DNA of 64,000 nt from Octopus sinensis (taxonomy: Eukaryota), in assembly GCF_006345805.1 (NCBI RefSeq), contig NC_043005.1:98766001-98830000 (forward strand), given 5' to 3'. Numbering within the stretch: position 1 is the stretch's first letter; every line of letters starts with the position of its first letter. This document shows, piece by piece, positions 39,973 through 52,625 of the stretch. The notes under the pieces are model-generated. The model was not told the origin of the DNA, ran no database searches, and saw only the letters and a list, made by a program, of their open reading frames with translations. Both the position numbers and the translations under genes were made by a program.

Positions 39973-42900
39973 TACTTAAAAGCAGTGTAACTGTTACTTG
40001 CTAGAGGGTATGGTTTGGCAGATGGAACTCTGCTCTTGATAATAGTTTTAGGTCTCTATGTAGTTGTGGGCAGACACAGACGCCTTGTTGGACCCCACCC
40101 ATGACACAATGGAAGGCCTCATTAGCATGTGGCTAGTCTTCATTTTCAGCAAAGTTCATGCTGGCTTGATTTCAACAGTTAGATACCTATCTATACACAA
40201 ATCACTTTACATGGGGTATGCTGGGTATGTTTTTCCTTTTTCCTTCTCTGGAGAGTTTGTCTTATTCATTCTTGGCAAAACTAAAAGCTTCTCTCCATTT
40301 GTTCATGGTAAGTGTAACTGAAGGAGTCTGTAGAAGAGAGAATAATGATAGTGAGAAACAGGAGGAGAGTGTGAAGGAAAAGAGAGTAAGAATATGTTGG
40401 GAGAAACAGTGATTGGAGTGTCAAGAAAGAGACAGTGCTAGGTACTGATTGGTGGTAAGAAAATTGACCTGGAAAAACATGAGTAGTGTGATGAGGGAAG
40501 AGGGAGTATCAGAGGGAGTGAGGTTGATGGAAGATAGTGTTATGGAAACAAAGAAGAGTGTTGTATGTCAACATAGAATGATAGAAGATGAAATGTGTGA
40601 GAGAGAGAGAGAGAGGATTGAATGATAATGAATATAGATGATAGTACCAGAGAGTAAGTGATGGATAACATTTGAGCTGGTTAATGTGAAAGGACAGTGA
40701 GAGATGTCAATAAAAAGTGACATAGAAGGGATTGGTGGCTAGCAATAAAGAGTGATGTTAGGGTTATTGAATATGCATAGCTCCAATTCTACAGGCAGTG
40801 TAGTACAATGAATAGGAGAGGGGTGGGTATTAGATTATAAAGGTAATAAAGAGAAGGAAGAAAAAGGGAAAGAGACAGAGAGAGCAATAAATTGAAACTA
40901 GTAATTAATGAAAGATTCAATGTACATCTCAAATCTTCAGCTATTTTTGTTTCAGCTTCTTTTATCCATGTATTTGGTTGATTTTATTGTTTTTTAACTC
41001 TTGTTTACCATGGTCTAGCAGAACTATGATCACAGACTCTTCCGTATGTTTCCCATAATGTATTTGAGACTATTCTGTCTTGTCTGGGGAGAGTCATTTT
41101 TTTTGTGCCTTATAATGTAACTCACTCACCGGTGAAATATCCACTTATTTCTTATTTTTATTTTCCTAAAATTTTCGTTGCGTCTTGCAACCTTTTCAAT
41201 AGTCTTGACTCTCGCAAACCAAATCCAAAAATGAAATATTTGAGATTATATTATCAAGAATATCTTTAGTATCTTAGTATGCCTCTATAGGAAGTGATTT
41301 GAGGTAGAGGGAGATTTGGCTGCTATTTCTATTGTCATTTTGAGCCTGCTATTTCTATAATTGTTACATACAGTGTTCAGGTGCAGCACAACTCATCAGA
41401 AAAAGGTGAAAAACAGGACAGAAAGCAGTCGGTAATAAGTCAAGTAAAGAAAGACAGCAATGAAAAGCACAACTGCATGCACAATGCAGATTAAAATGCA
41501 AAAAGAAGAAAGAAAAAGGGCAGAAAAGTGAAGAGTAAAAGAGTCTTAAAGATGAAAGGGTGCTTAGGCCTGTCAGAAGTAGAGTTGACAAATTTCCAAC
41601 TAATGTTGATCCTTTATGTAATTCCTTATTTCATCCGATATCATTACAGAAATAGATAAATTGATGGGTGGCCTTGTTTATACATCTACTTAATATTGTG
41701 GGTGGCTCCATTGATTAATAGAATGTGATGTGTACATTTTATCATTTTTCTTCCTTATGTAACTTAATGCCATGAATTGTTATGTCTTGGTTGATGTATT
41801 AAATTTAAGATAAATAAAAGCCTGGTTGCATCTAATATACTAATTTTATGGTTACTAATACTGAGTAACATTATTGAATTCGGTTATTTCTAAGCAGGTA
41901 ATTCTGGCAATGGAAGTGTGTGAAGTAGATTTTTCAGACATTTCCAGTTAGCTCTTCTAGAGTGCATATTAAGTTCATTCTGAAAGCCCTATAAACATTT
42001 ATATTTAGGTTAAAAAGTGTTATATTTAGAGATCGACTCCATCTTGTATTAGATCCTGTTGTTACCTGTAGGAAATAGTGCTGTGGAAATGTCAACACAG
42101 CAAGGAATTCCCAGTTTTAATTCCAGACATAATCAATATTGGTGGCGCCATGTATTGTTAGTTGTTTTCATGTTAACAAATGCCACTAATCATAGCTATT
42201 TTAATTCCCCATTTCTCGTTTTATTGCCAGACTTAAAAGCATTTAATTCACTTTTTGAACTCATTGTCTTTATTTTTTCATATCTGTGACCTGTTTTCTT
42301 CCTCCCTCCCCTCACCCTCTTTCCCATCTCCTACCTACCCTCCTGCTGCTGCTGCTACATTTTATATAGTTCCAATTGTCCTTGCTCTCTTTTCTCTTTT
42401 CTCCTCCTCTACTCTTCCTTTCCTCTCTCTTTTGCTTTTTGCTTTTACTATTTTCCTCATCTTCATCTCTTTTTCTTATACTTCTCCTACAAGTACTCCT
42501 CTCTCTCAAACTACTACTCTTACTCATCCTTTTTGTCTTTTCTTTCTTGTTTTCTTTTTACCATCTTCATGTCTGACACTGTTATCTGGAATATAGCTGA
42601 CTTTTCCAAACATGCCTCCACCTTCTATTTATCAAGGTGCTAGATATTTCTGTATAAGAACACATTTCTTCACTTTCAAATCTTATATATTTCTCCTGTA
42701 TTTATCTAATTTTCTCAAGTGCATCATCGTGCACTTCCCATGTTGGCATGGATTGGTCGGGTCATTATGATCTGACTCAGTTTTTATTTGGAGTTGCTGT
42801 TCTTCCAAACAAGTTGGTGCATCCTGCGTCACTCTTACATCCTTAATTTGGTATAATTTCTATGGTTGGATGCCCTTCCTAATGCCAACCACTTAGTGAA

Positions 42901-43769
42901 AGAGAGTGAAAGGAGACAAGGTATGGGTGTGTGGGAGTTAGGGAATGTGAGAACAGTAGGAGAGGGAGTAATGGAAGAGAGACAGTATTAGCTACATATT
43001 GGTTGCTGGTAAGAAGATGAAGAAAGAGCAACAGCATGGGGTAACAATATGGATGGGCAATGGTAATGGGGAAGGATTGATGGATAGCAAAGGTAGGTGA
43101 CAGTTTTAGATGTCAATAAGAGTGTCACATGAGAGAGAGAGAGGAATGGTATGATAATGGTGGATAGTTGTGTTACTGGATATGGACGAATTTTAATATC
43201 ATCCCTCATTATACAAGCATTATGATGAATGTGAGGTAGAGTGATAAAGTATGATGGTAGAGGTGAGGGTCTTTAAATTCAATTTTATGTCAATCCTTCT
43301 TGTCTATCATAGATCAAATGATTCTGCAGATCTGAAAGTTGTGCACCAATTTATGAGAACATGTAGCTTTAATGCTGCATAGTTTCCTTCCCTTCTACTA
43401 CCATCATAGCTGTAGAATCGGGGCTTATTTCACAGTAAACATATTAACATTATGTCTTTTGAGTACCTGCACAATGACTGTAGGTCAAATTCTTCAGCTA
43501 ATTTCATAAAAATTGTTCTCCTTAATTTTTACTATTTTTCTTTCTTTTTTGTTATTGTTATATTTTTTTTATGTATTCCTCACCTCATTCCTTCTGATAC
43601 ATTAAGCATTTATTGACTCTATTTCCAGTTACAATAGACTTCCCCTGTGTTTCAATAAATTTTCAAAATAACCAAGAATTTGAAGAGTTTAATAAAGCAA
43701 CAATTTTGATTTATTTATTGGAACACAGCTTTCAAAAATAGTTTCTTAAGTGCAGCCTTGGATGCATGA

Positions 43770-43985
43770 CTAACCTTTTTTGTTACCATATTGTTGCTGA
43801 AATACAGTGTTTTTGTTTCAAGTAATTTTGAAATTAAAGAAGAATTTAGTAAAATAACTTTTGTCATTGTTAAGCTGGTGTTTGGAACCTGAAATTCTGA
43901 TGGAAGGTTTTGATTCAGTCCATATTAAAACAGGAAGTTTGTATCATAGAACAACGATGGTCTAGAGTGGGTTCAAAAGAGCTAA
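43770..43985. mobile_element. piggyBac-like MITE, degenerate copy
   Basis: Homologous to 44879-45099 (GAAGAATTTAGTAAAATAAC...). Confidence 0.5.
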
Positions 43986-44878
43986 GAAGTTAGCATCACA
44001 GTTACATGGTCTTGGGATCAGTCCCACTGAGTGGCACCTTGGGCAACTGTCTCCTTAGTATAGCCTGGTATTTACCAATGCCAGGTGAATGAAATTAGTA
44101 GAGAGAAACTATGAAGAAGTCCATCTCTCTTTCCCTCCCTCCCATTCCCTTTGTCTGTCTCTCACTCTCTCTTTTACTGCATCCAGGAAGTGGGTGGGGC
44201 AAAGATAGTAATCCAAATTAGTTTACCTATAACCCTCGTTTTGTTTTTATTTTTTGCTGTGGATGTCTTTTTACTGTTTTGTTAATGAACTTCTATAAAA
44301 AGTATTCCAGATGAAACCATCTTAACTCTTTTTTTTATAGGCACAGTATATCTAGGACTACATTAGCCAACCTGTCTTTGCATTTTAAAGATGATATTTT
44401 GTAAAAGCATGGTATTTAGAGCCCAAATAGCTAAGACAGAGGCTTGCAAAGACAAAGAAATAGGAGAGTAGAGAAAAAGATGATACAGTTAGAGGTTTGA
44501 TATCATGTATACATAGCAATGGGATATGCAAAAAGAAAGCTGTTTGTACATGTTCTGAGACATAAGTGGGGTTGGGGGTGGGGGTCTGGATTGCTGGGCT
44601 GAGTACGAGAGAGACAATCAAGACATCATTAGGGACAAGTGTGTGTCAGCGATAACTTGCTTTTATACTGAAAAAAAAAAATGAATCATAAAAGTGCTAC
44701 TCTAAGGATCTTTTAAATGTGGAAAATGCATGGAAGGGAGATAAAAAAGTTTACCTAAAGGAGATCCAGCAGAGGGAGCAGCAAACCAAGGTGATAACAG
44801 TATGGTAGATAGAACAATTAAGGTTATGAAGGCAGGGAAAGGAGCCGGTCTACTGAAAATAGTTGATGAAATGTTTAA

Positions 44879-45099
44879 CCCTTTTGTTACTGTATTTATT
44901 TTGAGATGCTCTGTGTTTCTTTCGATTACTTTAAATATAACAAGGAATTTAGTAAAATAACTTAGTTATCATTCAGCTAGTGTTAAGAACACAAATTGTG
45001 ACTAAGGTTTGGTGGAAAATTTTAATTCAAAACTTAAGAAAACAAGACATTTGTCCTACAGAGCCAGGGGCGGTTTCAGCCGGGTTGATAATGAAAGGA
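44879..45099. mobile_element. piggyBac-like MITE flanked by TTAA
   Basis: TTAA|CCCTTTTG...GAAAGGA|TTAA. Confidence 0.6.
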
Positions 45100-45299
45100 T
45101 TAAAATATCTGGTATGTGCTATTCACATAAATAGTCAACCAAGTAATACAGGAAGGTGTCATACCCAGTAACAAGTAGAACATTATCATTGTAAATTGCT
45201 ACAAGGGCAAACGAGGTGTTCTAGAGCTAGGAAACTACAGAGGCATTAAACCTGTGTTTTTTTAAACTCATTTCAGTCATTAGGCTACAGTCCTGTTAA

Positions 45300-46390
45300 A
45301 GCGTCACCTTATGAAAACTGGGCTGTTGCAAAATTGATAGAAAGCAGGATTAGTCTGAATAAAATGCAATTTGGCTTTGTGATAGAAATGGGTGCCATCA
45401 ATGCTGCCATATTCCTTGTGAGATATCTACAATAGAAGTACTTAGCTTCGAGTAGGCCCTTGCAATTATTATTTGTTGATACAGAGAAGAATTTTAACTG
45501 GTCTGTATGGAAACAAAGGATAAATGAATGGCTTGTGAGAGCAATTTATGTTTAGAGGTGCTGTTAGCAAAGTGAGAGTTAGCGATGAATTCAGTGAAGA
45601 ATTTAGAATGCAAGTGGGTCTCCATCAGGACCCAGTCCTCAATACCCTCTGTTTATTTTTATTTTCCCAATCAGTCCAGTTTTAAAAATCCAGAGGAGTG
45701 TAACTCTTTGAGCTCTGACCTCCTGAACCTTATTTGACCATATACCTGGCTTCCTGATGCACTCCACCCATAGAGCAGTGCAACAGTATAGAGAAAAATA
45801 AGCCATCCACCAGTAAACCTGTGTTATGGGCTCAAAGGTTTAGGACTGGTTTCCATGGAAACTCTTGTATATGGAGTTCTTTAAGCAGAATTTGTAGATC
45901 TGGAGAAGACCTAGAATTGAAAGACCTTGAAATAAACTCAGCAGAGACTAAAATTTTAGGCAGTAAAAAGAGAAACAAGACTCTGCTTTCATAAAAAAAA
46001 AAAGAAAGAAAAAATGGCTGTGCTCAATTTTCAGAAAAAGAGTCGGTAGAAATTCTATACAGTGTGTCCATTGTAAACAATACATGCACAAGAGATATAG
46101 TGGGGTCACAGGTAGCCTAATGGAAAAAGTAGACATTGTGTCTGGCAGGTGATCAGCAGTAATAAGCACGAAGACCACACAAGAAATAAATTATCTCAGA
46201 AGGATCACGTGCAGTAGTTGATAGCTTTTGTTACTTAGGTAACTCAATTAGCAGTGACGTTGAGTGTTGTGAATATATTATAAAATTAGTTGAGTAAAAA
46301 TAGACTAGAAAAAAGTTCAGAGAGTTTTTATCTCTGCTGACAACAAAACACTTCTCCTTCAGAATGATGCTTATGTGCAAAGAACATAGC
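45300..46390 (+). mobile_element. Old, heavily degenerate RTE RT fragment
   Basis: KLIESRISLNKMQFGF, AIFLVRYLQ, VGLHQ-like and GFPWKLLY motifs, with stops and frameshifts. Confidence 0.7.
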
Positions 46391-46930
46391 TGCATAAAAG
46401 TGGGATGTTCATCCTCCTCCTCTTCCTCTTCTTCTTCTTCTCTTCTTCTTCTTCTTCTTCTTCTTCTTCTCTTCTTCTTCTTCTTCTCCCCTCCTCCTTT
46501 TTCTCCCCCTCCCCCTCCTTTTTCTCCCCCTCATCCTCTTCTCCTTCTTTTTCTTCTCCTTCTTTTTCTTCTTCTCCTCCTCCTTTTACTTCTTCATCTA
46601 TCTATCTGTTTCCCATGCTGGCATGGATTGTGCAATTAGGAAGACTTTGTTGGTTGTTTTTCCCTCTTTCATTTCTTGTGTTTTATATTTGTCTCTATTG
46701 GACATTATTACTTCTTCAGAGAAAGATCCATGTCTTTTTTTTTTTCTCTTTCCCTAAGAAAATGTAATCCAGCAAAATGGAAACAATCACCAAAATGAAG
46801 CTGGTCTGCTCCTCTGTACACATGACAACAAATTTAGACTAAAACTCACTCCATTTCAGGTGAAAAGGGTTAAAAATTTGGCAATTTTACTGAGCTGTGG
46901 TCAAGTGTGTTTTTATTGTCAGTATTCTTA

Positions 46931-46954
<24 letters not shown>

Positions 46955-46966
<12 letters not shown>

Positions 46967-48112
46967 TCTATTAAAGGTACAAGGCCTGAAATTTAGGTAA
47001 GGGGACTAATCAATTACATTGACTTCAGTGTTTTGCTGGTACTTTATTTATCAACCACTAAAGGATAAAAGGCAAAGTTGACCATGGCAGAATTTGCTTT
47101 CAGAATATAGCGGCAGACAAAATGCTACTAAGCATTTTACCTGGCATGCTAATGATTCTGCCAGCTTGCTGCCTTAATAATAATAATAATAATAATTATA
47201 ATAATTTCTACTCTAGGCACAAGGCCTGGAATTTGGGGAAGGAATAAGTCGATTACATTAAGCCCAGTGTTTCACTGGTACTTATTTTATCAACCTTGAA
47301 AGAATGAAAGTGAAGTTAACCTTATTGGAATTTGATCTTTAAATGCAAAGAACTTGAAGAAATATCACAAGGTGTTGTATGTGAGACCTTACTGATTTTG
47401 TTAATCCAATGCCCTTCACAATAATAAAGTTAATCCTTTCTACTGTAGGCACAAGCTCTTAAATTTTAGGGGAAGAGGCTAGTTGATTACATTGACCCCA
47501 GTGCTTAGCGGTACTTATTTCATTGAGGCAAAGTCAACCTTGGTAGAATTCAAACTAGGAATGTAAAGTCAGAAGAAATGCTACAAAACAATTTCTCTGA
47601 CATGCTAATGATTCTGCCTCAATAATAATAATAATAATAATAATATGGTGATGATAATAATCCTTTCTACTATAGGCACAAGGCCTGAAATTTTAGGGGT
47701 GGGAGATAGCCAATTACATCGACCCCAGTGCATAACTAGTATTTATTTCATCAACTCTGAAAAGATGAAAGCAAGGTCAGTTTCGGTGGAATTTGAACTT
47801 AGAACATAAGGACAGACGAAATGCCCCTAAGCATTTTACCCAGTAAGCTAACAATTCTGCCAGCTCGCCACCTTAATAATAATGATAACCATAATAATAT
47901 AATAGTCCTTTCTGCTATAGGAACAAGGCCTGGAATTTGGGGGAGGAAATAAGTCGATTACATCAACCCCAGTACTTGACTAGCACTCAATTTATTGACC
48001 CCAAAAGGGTGAAAGGCAAAGTCAGCCTTGGCAGAATTTGAACTCAGGATGTGAAGACGAATGAAATGCTGCTAAGCATTTTGCCTGGCATACTAATGAT
48101 TCTGACAGCTTA
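46955..48112 (-). mobile_element. Cluster of ~5 same-orientation SINE copies (Deu/Nin-like family) separated by (AAT)n
   Basis: Repeated CAAGGCCTGAAATTT...AAAGGCAAAGT...AATTTGAACT...ATGATTCTGCC blocks. Confidence 0.8.
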
Positions 48113-48298
48113 ATAATAATAATAACAGTAGTAGTAGTAGTAGTAGTAACAACAACAACAACAACAACAGTAGTAGTAGTAATAATAACAGTTGTAGTAG
48201 TAGTAGTAGCAGTAATAATAACAGTTGTAGTAGTAGTAGTAATAATAGTAGTAGTAGTAGTAGTAGTAATAATAATAATAATAATGACAGTAATAGTT

Positions 48299-48331
<33 letters not shown>

Positions 48332-48370
48332 GCAATAATAACAATTATAAGAACAACAGCAGTAATTTAA
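48113..48370. repeat. Compound (AAT)/(AGT)/(AAC) trinucleotide repeat
   Basis: Directly visible. Confidence 0.95.
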
Positions 48371-49841
48371 TAAAGAAAAAATCATAGAAATGGAATGTAT
48401 TTATTTGTCTTTTATTAGAGATATTTGTTGTTGAAGTCTTTCACCCTGCAAAAACAAACAAAGCAAAAGAAAAAACAAAAATATGCAGCTCCAATGTAAA
48501 ACTCCGATATTGCAATAATGCACTTTGAGAATTGGCAAGTAGTAGTGTACTTTGAAAATAGGTTATAAAAAATAAGACGACAATAATTGAACAACAAATA
48601 AGTCTTTGTTTCTGTGATTACTGAAGAAGCCTTTTGGATTGAATCCGTTCTACATGCTGGATTATGATTAGAAATAATTCCTCTTCCTCAGCAGATAGAA
48701 CACAGATTATTGTTGTTAGCCATATATTGGCAGCAGATAAAAATCTCAGCAATCTTTGTTTTTCTTGTCTTATCTAACATAGAATATTTGTTCTGAAATT
48801 GAAGATTTTTTTTTTTTTTCTGTTTTGGTTAATATTTAAAAAATTTTCTTCCTCATTTCTTCTCATATTTCTCCTGATCAATTCAAAATCAAGGAAAGTA
48901 TATCTGCTATATTGGGATTTCTTACTAATCTTTTTCTATACTGGCTATTTTGCATATTTATGACAAACAAATGCTGGTAATATATAAATCATTTTGGTAT
49001 TCTGCTCAGCTTGGAAATTTCCAATCAGACTTTTGGGGATCATATATTTCATTTTTTATTTTTTTCCATTATAATTTATTATATTATTTAATGCTAATTT
49101 TCAGACAATTTTTTTTTTGTTTAAAAAAAAAATATTTTGAAAATTTTCTCTGTTTTTGCTTTTCATAACTTTTGGAATTAATGTCTACTCTGAATTTAAA
49201 ATTGACTTAATTATCACCACTCAATGTATTATTTTTATATTATCTTTAATGTCTTTTTCTTAGATTTTCTTGTTTGTGAATATTTTATGGTTTACATACT
49301 GCTATCAAATAATAGTTTATTGCTACATTAAGAGGCCGGTGGGACAAGTGTATCTAATCGACCTTAACACACTATTTTTTTTCCTTCAAATTGCAAAACT
49401 CCAAACTATATCTTAGCAACTTTCACTTTTCCTCTTTCTTTCTTTCTCTCTTACTTTTATTTTCTCTCTCTCACTCTCTCTTTCTTATGTGTGTGTGTGT
49501 GTGTTAGTGACTGCTATACTCATAAGACACTGGACAATCACATAAAAGATTGGTCATTCATATACGTTCTCTGGCCAATGCATTGTGGGTCCATGGTTAA
49601 GAAATTTAACATCTAAATGATGGCTCTGACCTCAGAGTTTAAGCAATGCACATTATTTCACTTGGCTAATATCACTTATTAATATTAATTTGGTCTTCAT
49701 ACTCGAACTGTTTATGGATATATTTGAATATTTAGAATTCCACTTATTCTGTATGAATTTGTTCAACCGAATGTAGAATCTTAGAAGAATGAATTATCAT
49801 CTATATGCATGTGAATGCATATATCTGTGTGTGTAAATATG

Positions 49842-49900
<59 letters not shown>

Positions 49901-50248
49901 GTGTGTGTGTGTGTGTAAATATATATATAAATAAATAAATAAATAAATAGGCATATATTGAATATTAATATATATATACCCACATATATATATACATGCA
50001 TATGTGTGTGTGTCATCATTTAATATTTGTTTGATATTTGCATGGGTCAGATGGAATTTGTTGAGGCAGATTTCCTATGGCTGGATGCTCTTCCTATCAC
50101 CAATTCTAACCTGTTTCCAAGCAGTGTAATATTTCCCATTGCCAGTTTTGCACAGAAGACTGGAAATGAACAATGTTGCAGTGATGTTCATTTGCAACCA
50201 TCATGTGATTTCAAGAAAAAGGTGTACACGTGTGTGTGTGTGTGTGTG

Positions 50249-50292
<44 letters not shown>

Positions 50293-50329
50293 TATACTAG
50301 GTGTCCCCCAAAAAATCTATATACATATA

Positions 50330-50725
50330 GGCATAGGAGTGGCTGTGTGGTAAGTAGCTTGCTAACAAACCATATGGTACTGGGTTCAGTCCCACTGCGT
50401 GGCACCTTGGGTGTCTTCTACTATAACCTTGGGCCAACCAAAGCCTTGTGAGTGGATTTGGTAGACGGAAACTGAAAGAAGCCCGTCGTATATATGTATA
50501 TATATGTATGTGCGTGTATATGTGTTTGTGTTTGTCCTCCAGCAACACTTGACAACTGATGGTAGTGTGTTTACGTCCCCATAACTTAACGGTTTGGCAA
50601 AAGAGACTGATAGAATAAGTACTAGGCTTACAAAGAATAAGTCCTGGGGTCCATTTGGTCGACTAAAGGCAGTGCTCCAGTATGGCCACAGTCAAATGAC
50701 TGAAACATGTAAAAGAGTAAAAGAG
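50330..50725 (+). mobile_element. tRNA-derived CORE-type SINE
   Basis: GGCATAGGAGTGGCTGTGTGGTAAG head, GGCACCTTGGG CORE-like segment, internal TA/TG microsatellite, (AAAAGAGT)n tail. Confidence 0.85.
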
Positions 50726-50779
50726 TACACTTTAATTATGAAGTCAGTGTATATTAAAATAATGCATTTCATTTTCAAA

Positions 50780-51130
50780 ATTTAGTAGAATCTGCAGACA
50801 GAATTTGATATTTTTATGAAAGCCATTCTGGTTTCGGCTCTGCTTATAATGCAAAATAATGGAATTGCAATTATCAAGAAACATTTTGTTTGGTATTTTT
50901 TGCATTCTCATTCAGTGGCTGCCGCCAGTCTCTTGCTTGTTGCCTGTTTTGTACAGTAAACTTCATCTTTTAAGTATTCCTATAAAAACCAAAATCCGGT
51001 AGTGTTAGGTCCAGTGACTGACACCAACGGTTTTCTTTATTCTTAAACTCATGTGCTTGGACAGGATGTTTGTAGGTTGCTGGTGCCACTTTGATAGTAG
51101 GCTGTGGTATATTATATTCAGCAGCATAAA
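50780..51130 (-). pseudogene. Degenerate Tc1/mariner-superfamily transposase C-terminal remnant
   Basis: Minus strand reads RWCQSLDLTLPDF, then GILK and DEVYCTKQAT across frameshifts, resembling the recalled motif WPPRSPDLTPLDFxLWGxLKDxVY. Confidence 0.55.
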
Positions 51131-51789
51131 TTCCTTGTACAGCGTACTGCATACAGTAAAATAGGATGTTGGTATGAATCAGAAGCTCAGTTGTCACTGA
51201 ATACTCTATGCAACAACCTGCTGCCAAGGTGTGCCAACATTCTGTCTCACTTTCACACCATTAATACCATGTGACCTGAGCTGACCAATAGAGGCCTAAC
51301 ACCTAAAAGCTATTTTAAATTTGTCTCAAATCTCTCAATCTTCTTCAAACATCTGTTGAGACAGTCATGTCATTTGTGCTAATGAAACTTTATCATATGA
51401 AGCTGAGTCAAACTCTTACTAAATGTGTGTGATTGTGTGTGTGTACACACCTGCGTGCACACACATACACACACACACACACACATACACACACACACAC
51501 ACATTGTATATATATATATTATACATGCACAAATATATACACACACATACATATACACTCATATAATCTTCGTATCTCTGTCTACTTTTCTTTTTCCTAT
51601 ATAAGTTGTCAGTTTACTCAAAAAGAATAACGGGTACTTTATATGAAGGTGTGTTGACCAAAGAATGGTGCGTGCAGGCAGGGCAATACATATTTAGTTG
51701 TAGAACTTTTAAGAGATTATTATTGATGGTGTGTGTAAATGAATGATAACTGAATTTATCTGAATTTCCAAGAGAATACAAAACTTACC

Positions 51790-52130
51790 CTTCAATGGGA
51801 TGCAGCATTGAGGATGAATGAAGCCAGCTCAACCCACCCTGGGTGAATGCTGTCTCAAGACAAGAAGAAGGTTGTTTATGGAAGACCAGCAGTCACCCAT
51901 GCCCTCCCAGCCTCCCCTCTCCACCCCACCAATGTTATCCAAGGGAAAGGCAAGTGCCAGTACAGCTTGGCACCAGTGATGTCACAACTCGTTTATACAG
52001 CTGAGTGAACTGGAGCAATGTGAAAGAAAGCCTCTTGCTCAAGGACACAACACAGCCCGGTCCAGGAATCAAATTCACTACCTCAGGATTGTGAGCCTGA
52101 CACTCTAACCACTGAGCCATGTGCCTTCAT
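51790..52130 (-). mobile_element. tRNA-derived CORE-type SINE (second family)
   Basis: Reverse strand head GAAGGCACATGGCTCAGTGGTTAGAGTGTCAGG (A box), B-box-like GATTCC, then TCCTTGAGCAAG. Confidence 0.8.
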
Positions 52131-52418
52131 TAGATGATTAACCCCTAATTGGCATTAGTGCTCATTCTTAGTTGAGTGAATTGGAGTGATGGGAAATGAA
52201 TTACTTTGCTCAGGAGTGCAATGCACCATCTGATATATATATATATAAGGTATGTATGTATGAATATACATATATTATTTATGTACATACGTACATGTGT
52301 GTGTGTAATGTTTATTAGTGTTAATTCAGAAAAATGCAGACCTCATAGTTGTAGAGTGGATATGTATTAAACAATGTGATATATTAGTTGTATTTCCATT
52401 ACTATACAGTTTTACATT

Positions 52419-52625
52419 ATGGATTATCCATGTGGTATGCAATGGATTATCCATGTGGTATGCAATGGATTATCCATGTGGTATGCAATGGATTATCCAT
52501 GTGGTATGCAATGGATTATCCATGTGGTATGCAATGGATTATCCATGTGGTATGCAATGGATTATCCATGTGGTATGCAATGGATTATCCATGTGGTATG
52601 CAATGGATTATCCATGTGGTATGCA
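52419..52625. repeat. 23-bp minisatellite, 9 exact copies
   Basis: Unit ATGGATTATCCATGTGGTATGCA. Confidence 0.97.

Noticed and set aside
41390-41640. Lys/Glu-rich open-looking stretch
   Set aside because: Purine-rich low complexity with stops in all frames; no recognisable homology.
42070-42155. Candidate exon after tacctgtag
   Set aside because: No frame resembles the expected next RIC1 peptide and the donor is weak.
48093-48385. Poly-Leu and poly-Tyr ORFs
   Set aside because: Translations of trinucleotide repeats.
48615-48665. CTGAAGAAGCC...GAATCCGTT as a PLE hammerhead or an exon
   Set aside because: No GAAAC, no stem I pairing, and all frames close quickly without RIC1 similarity.
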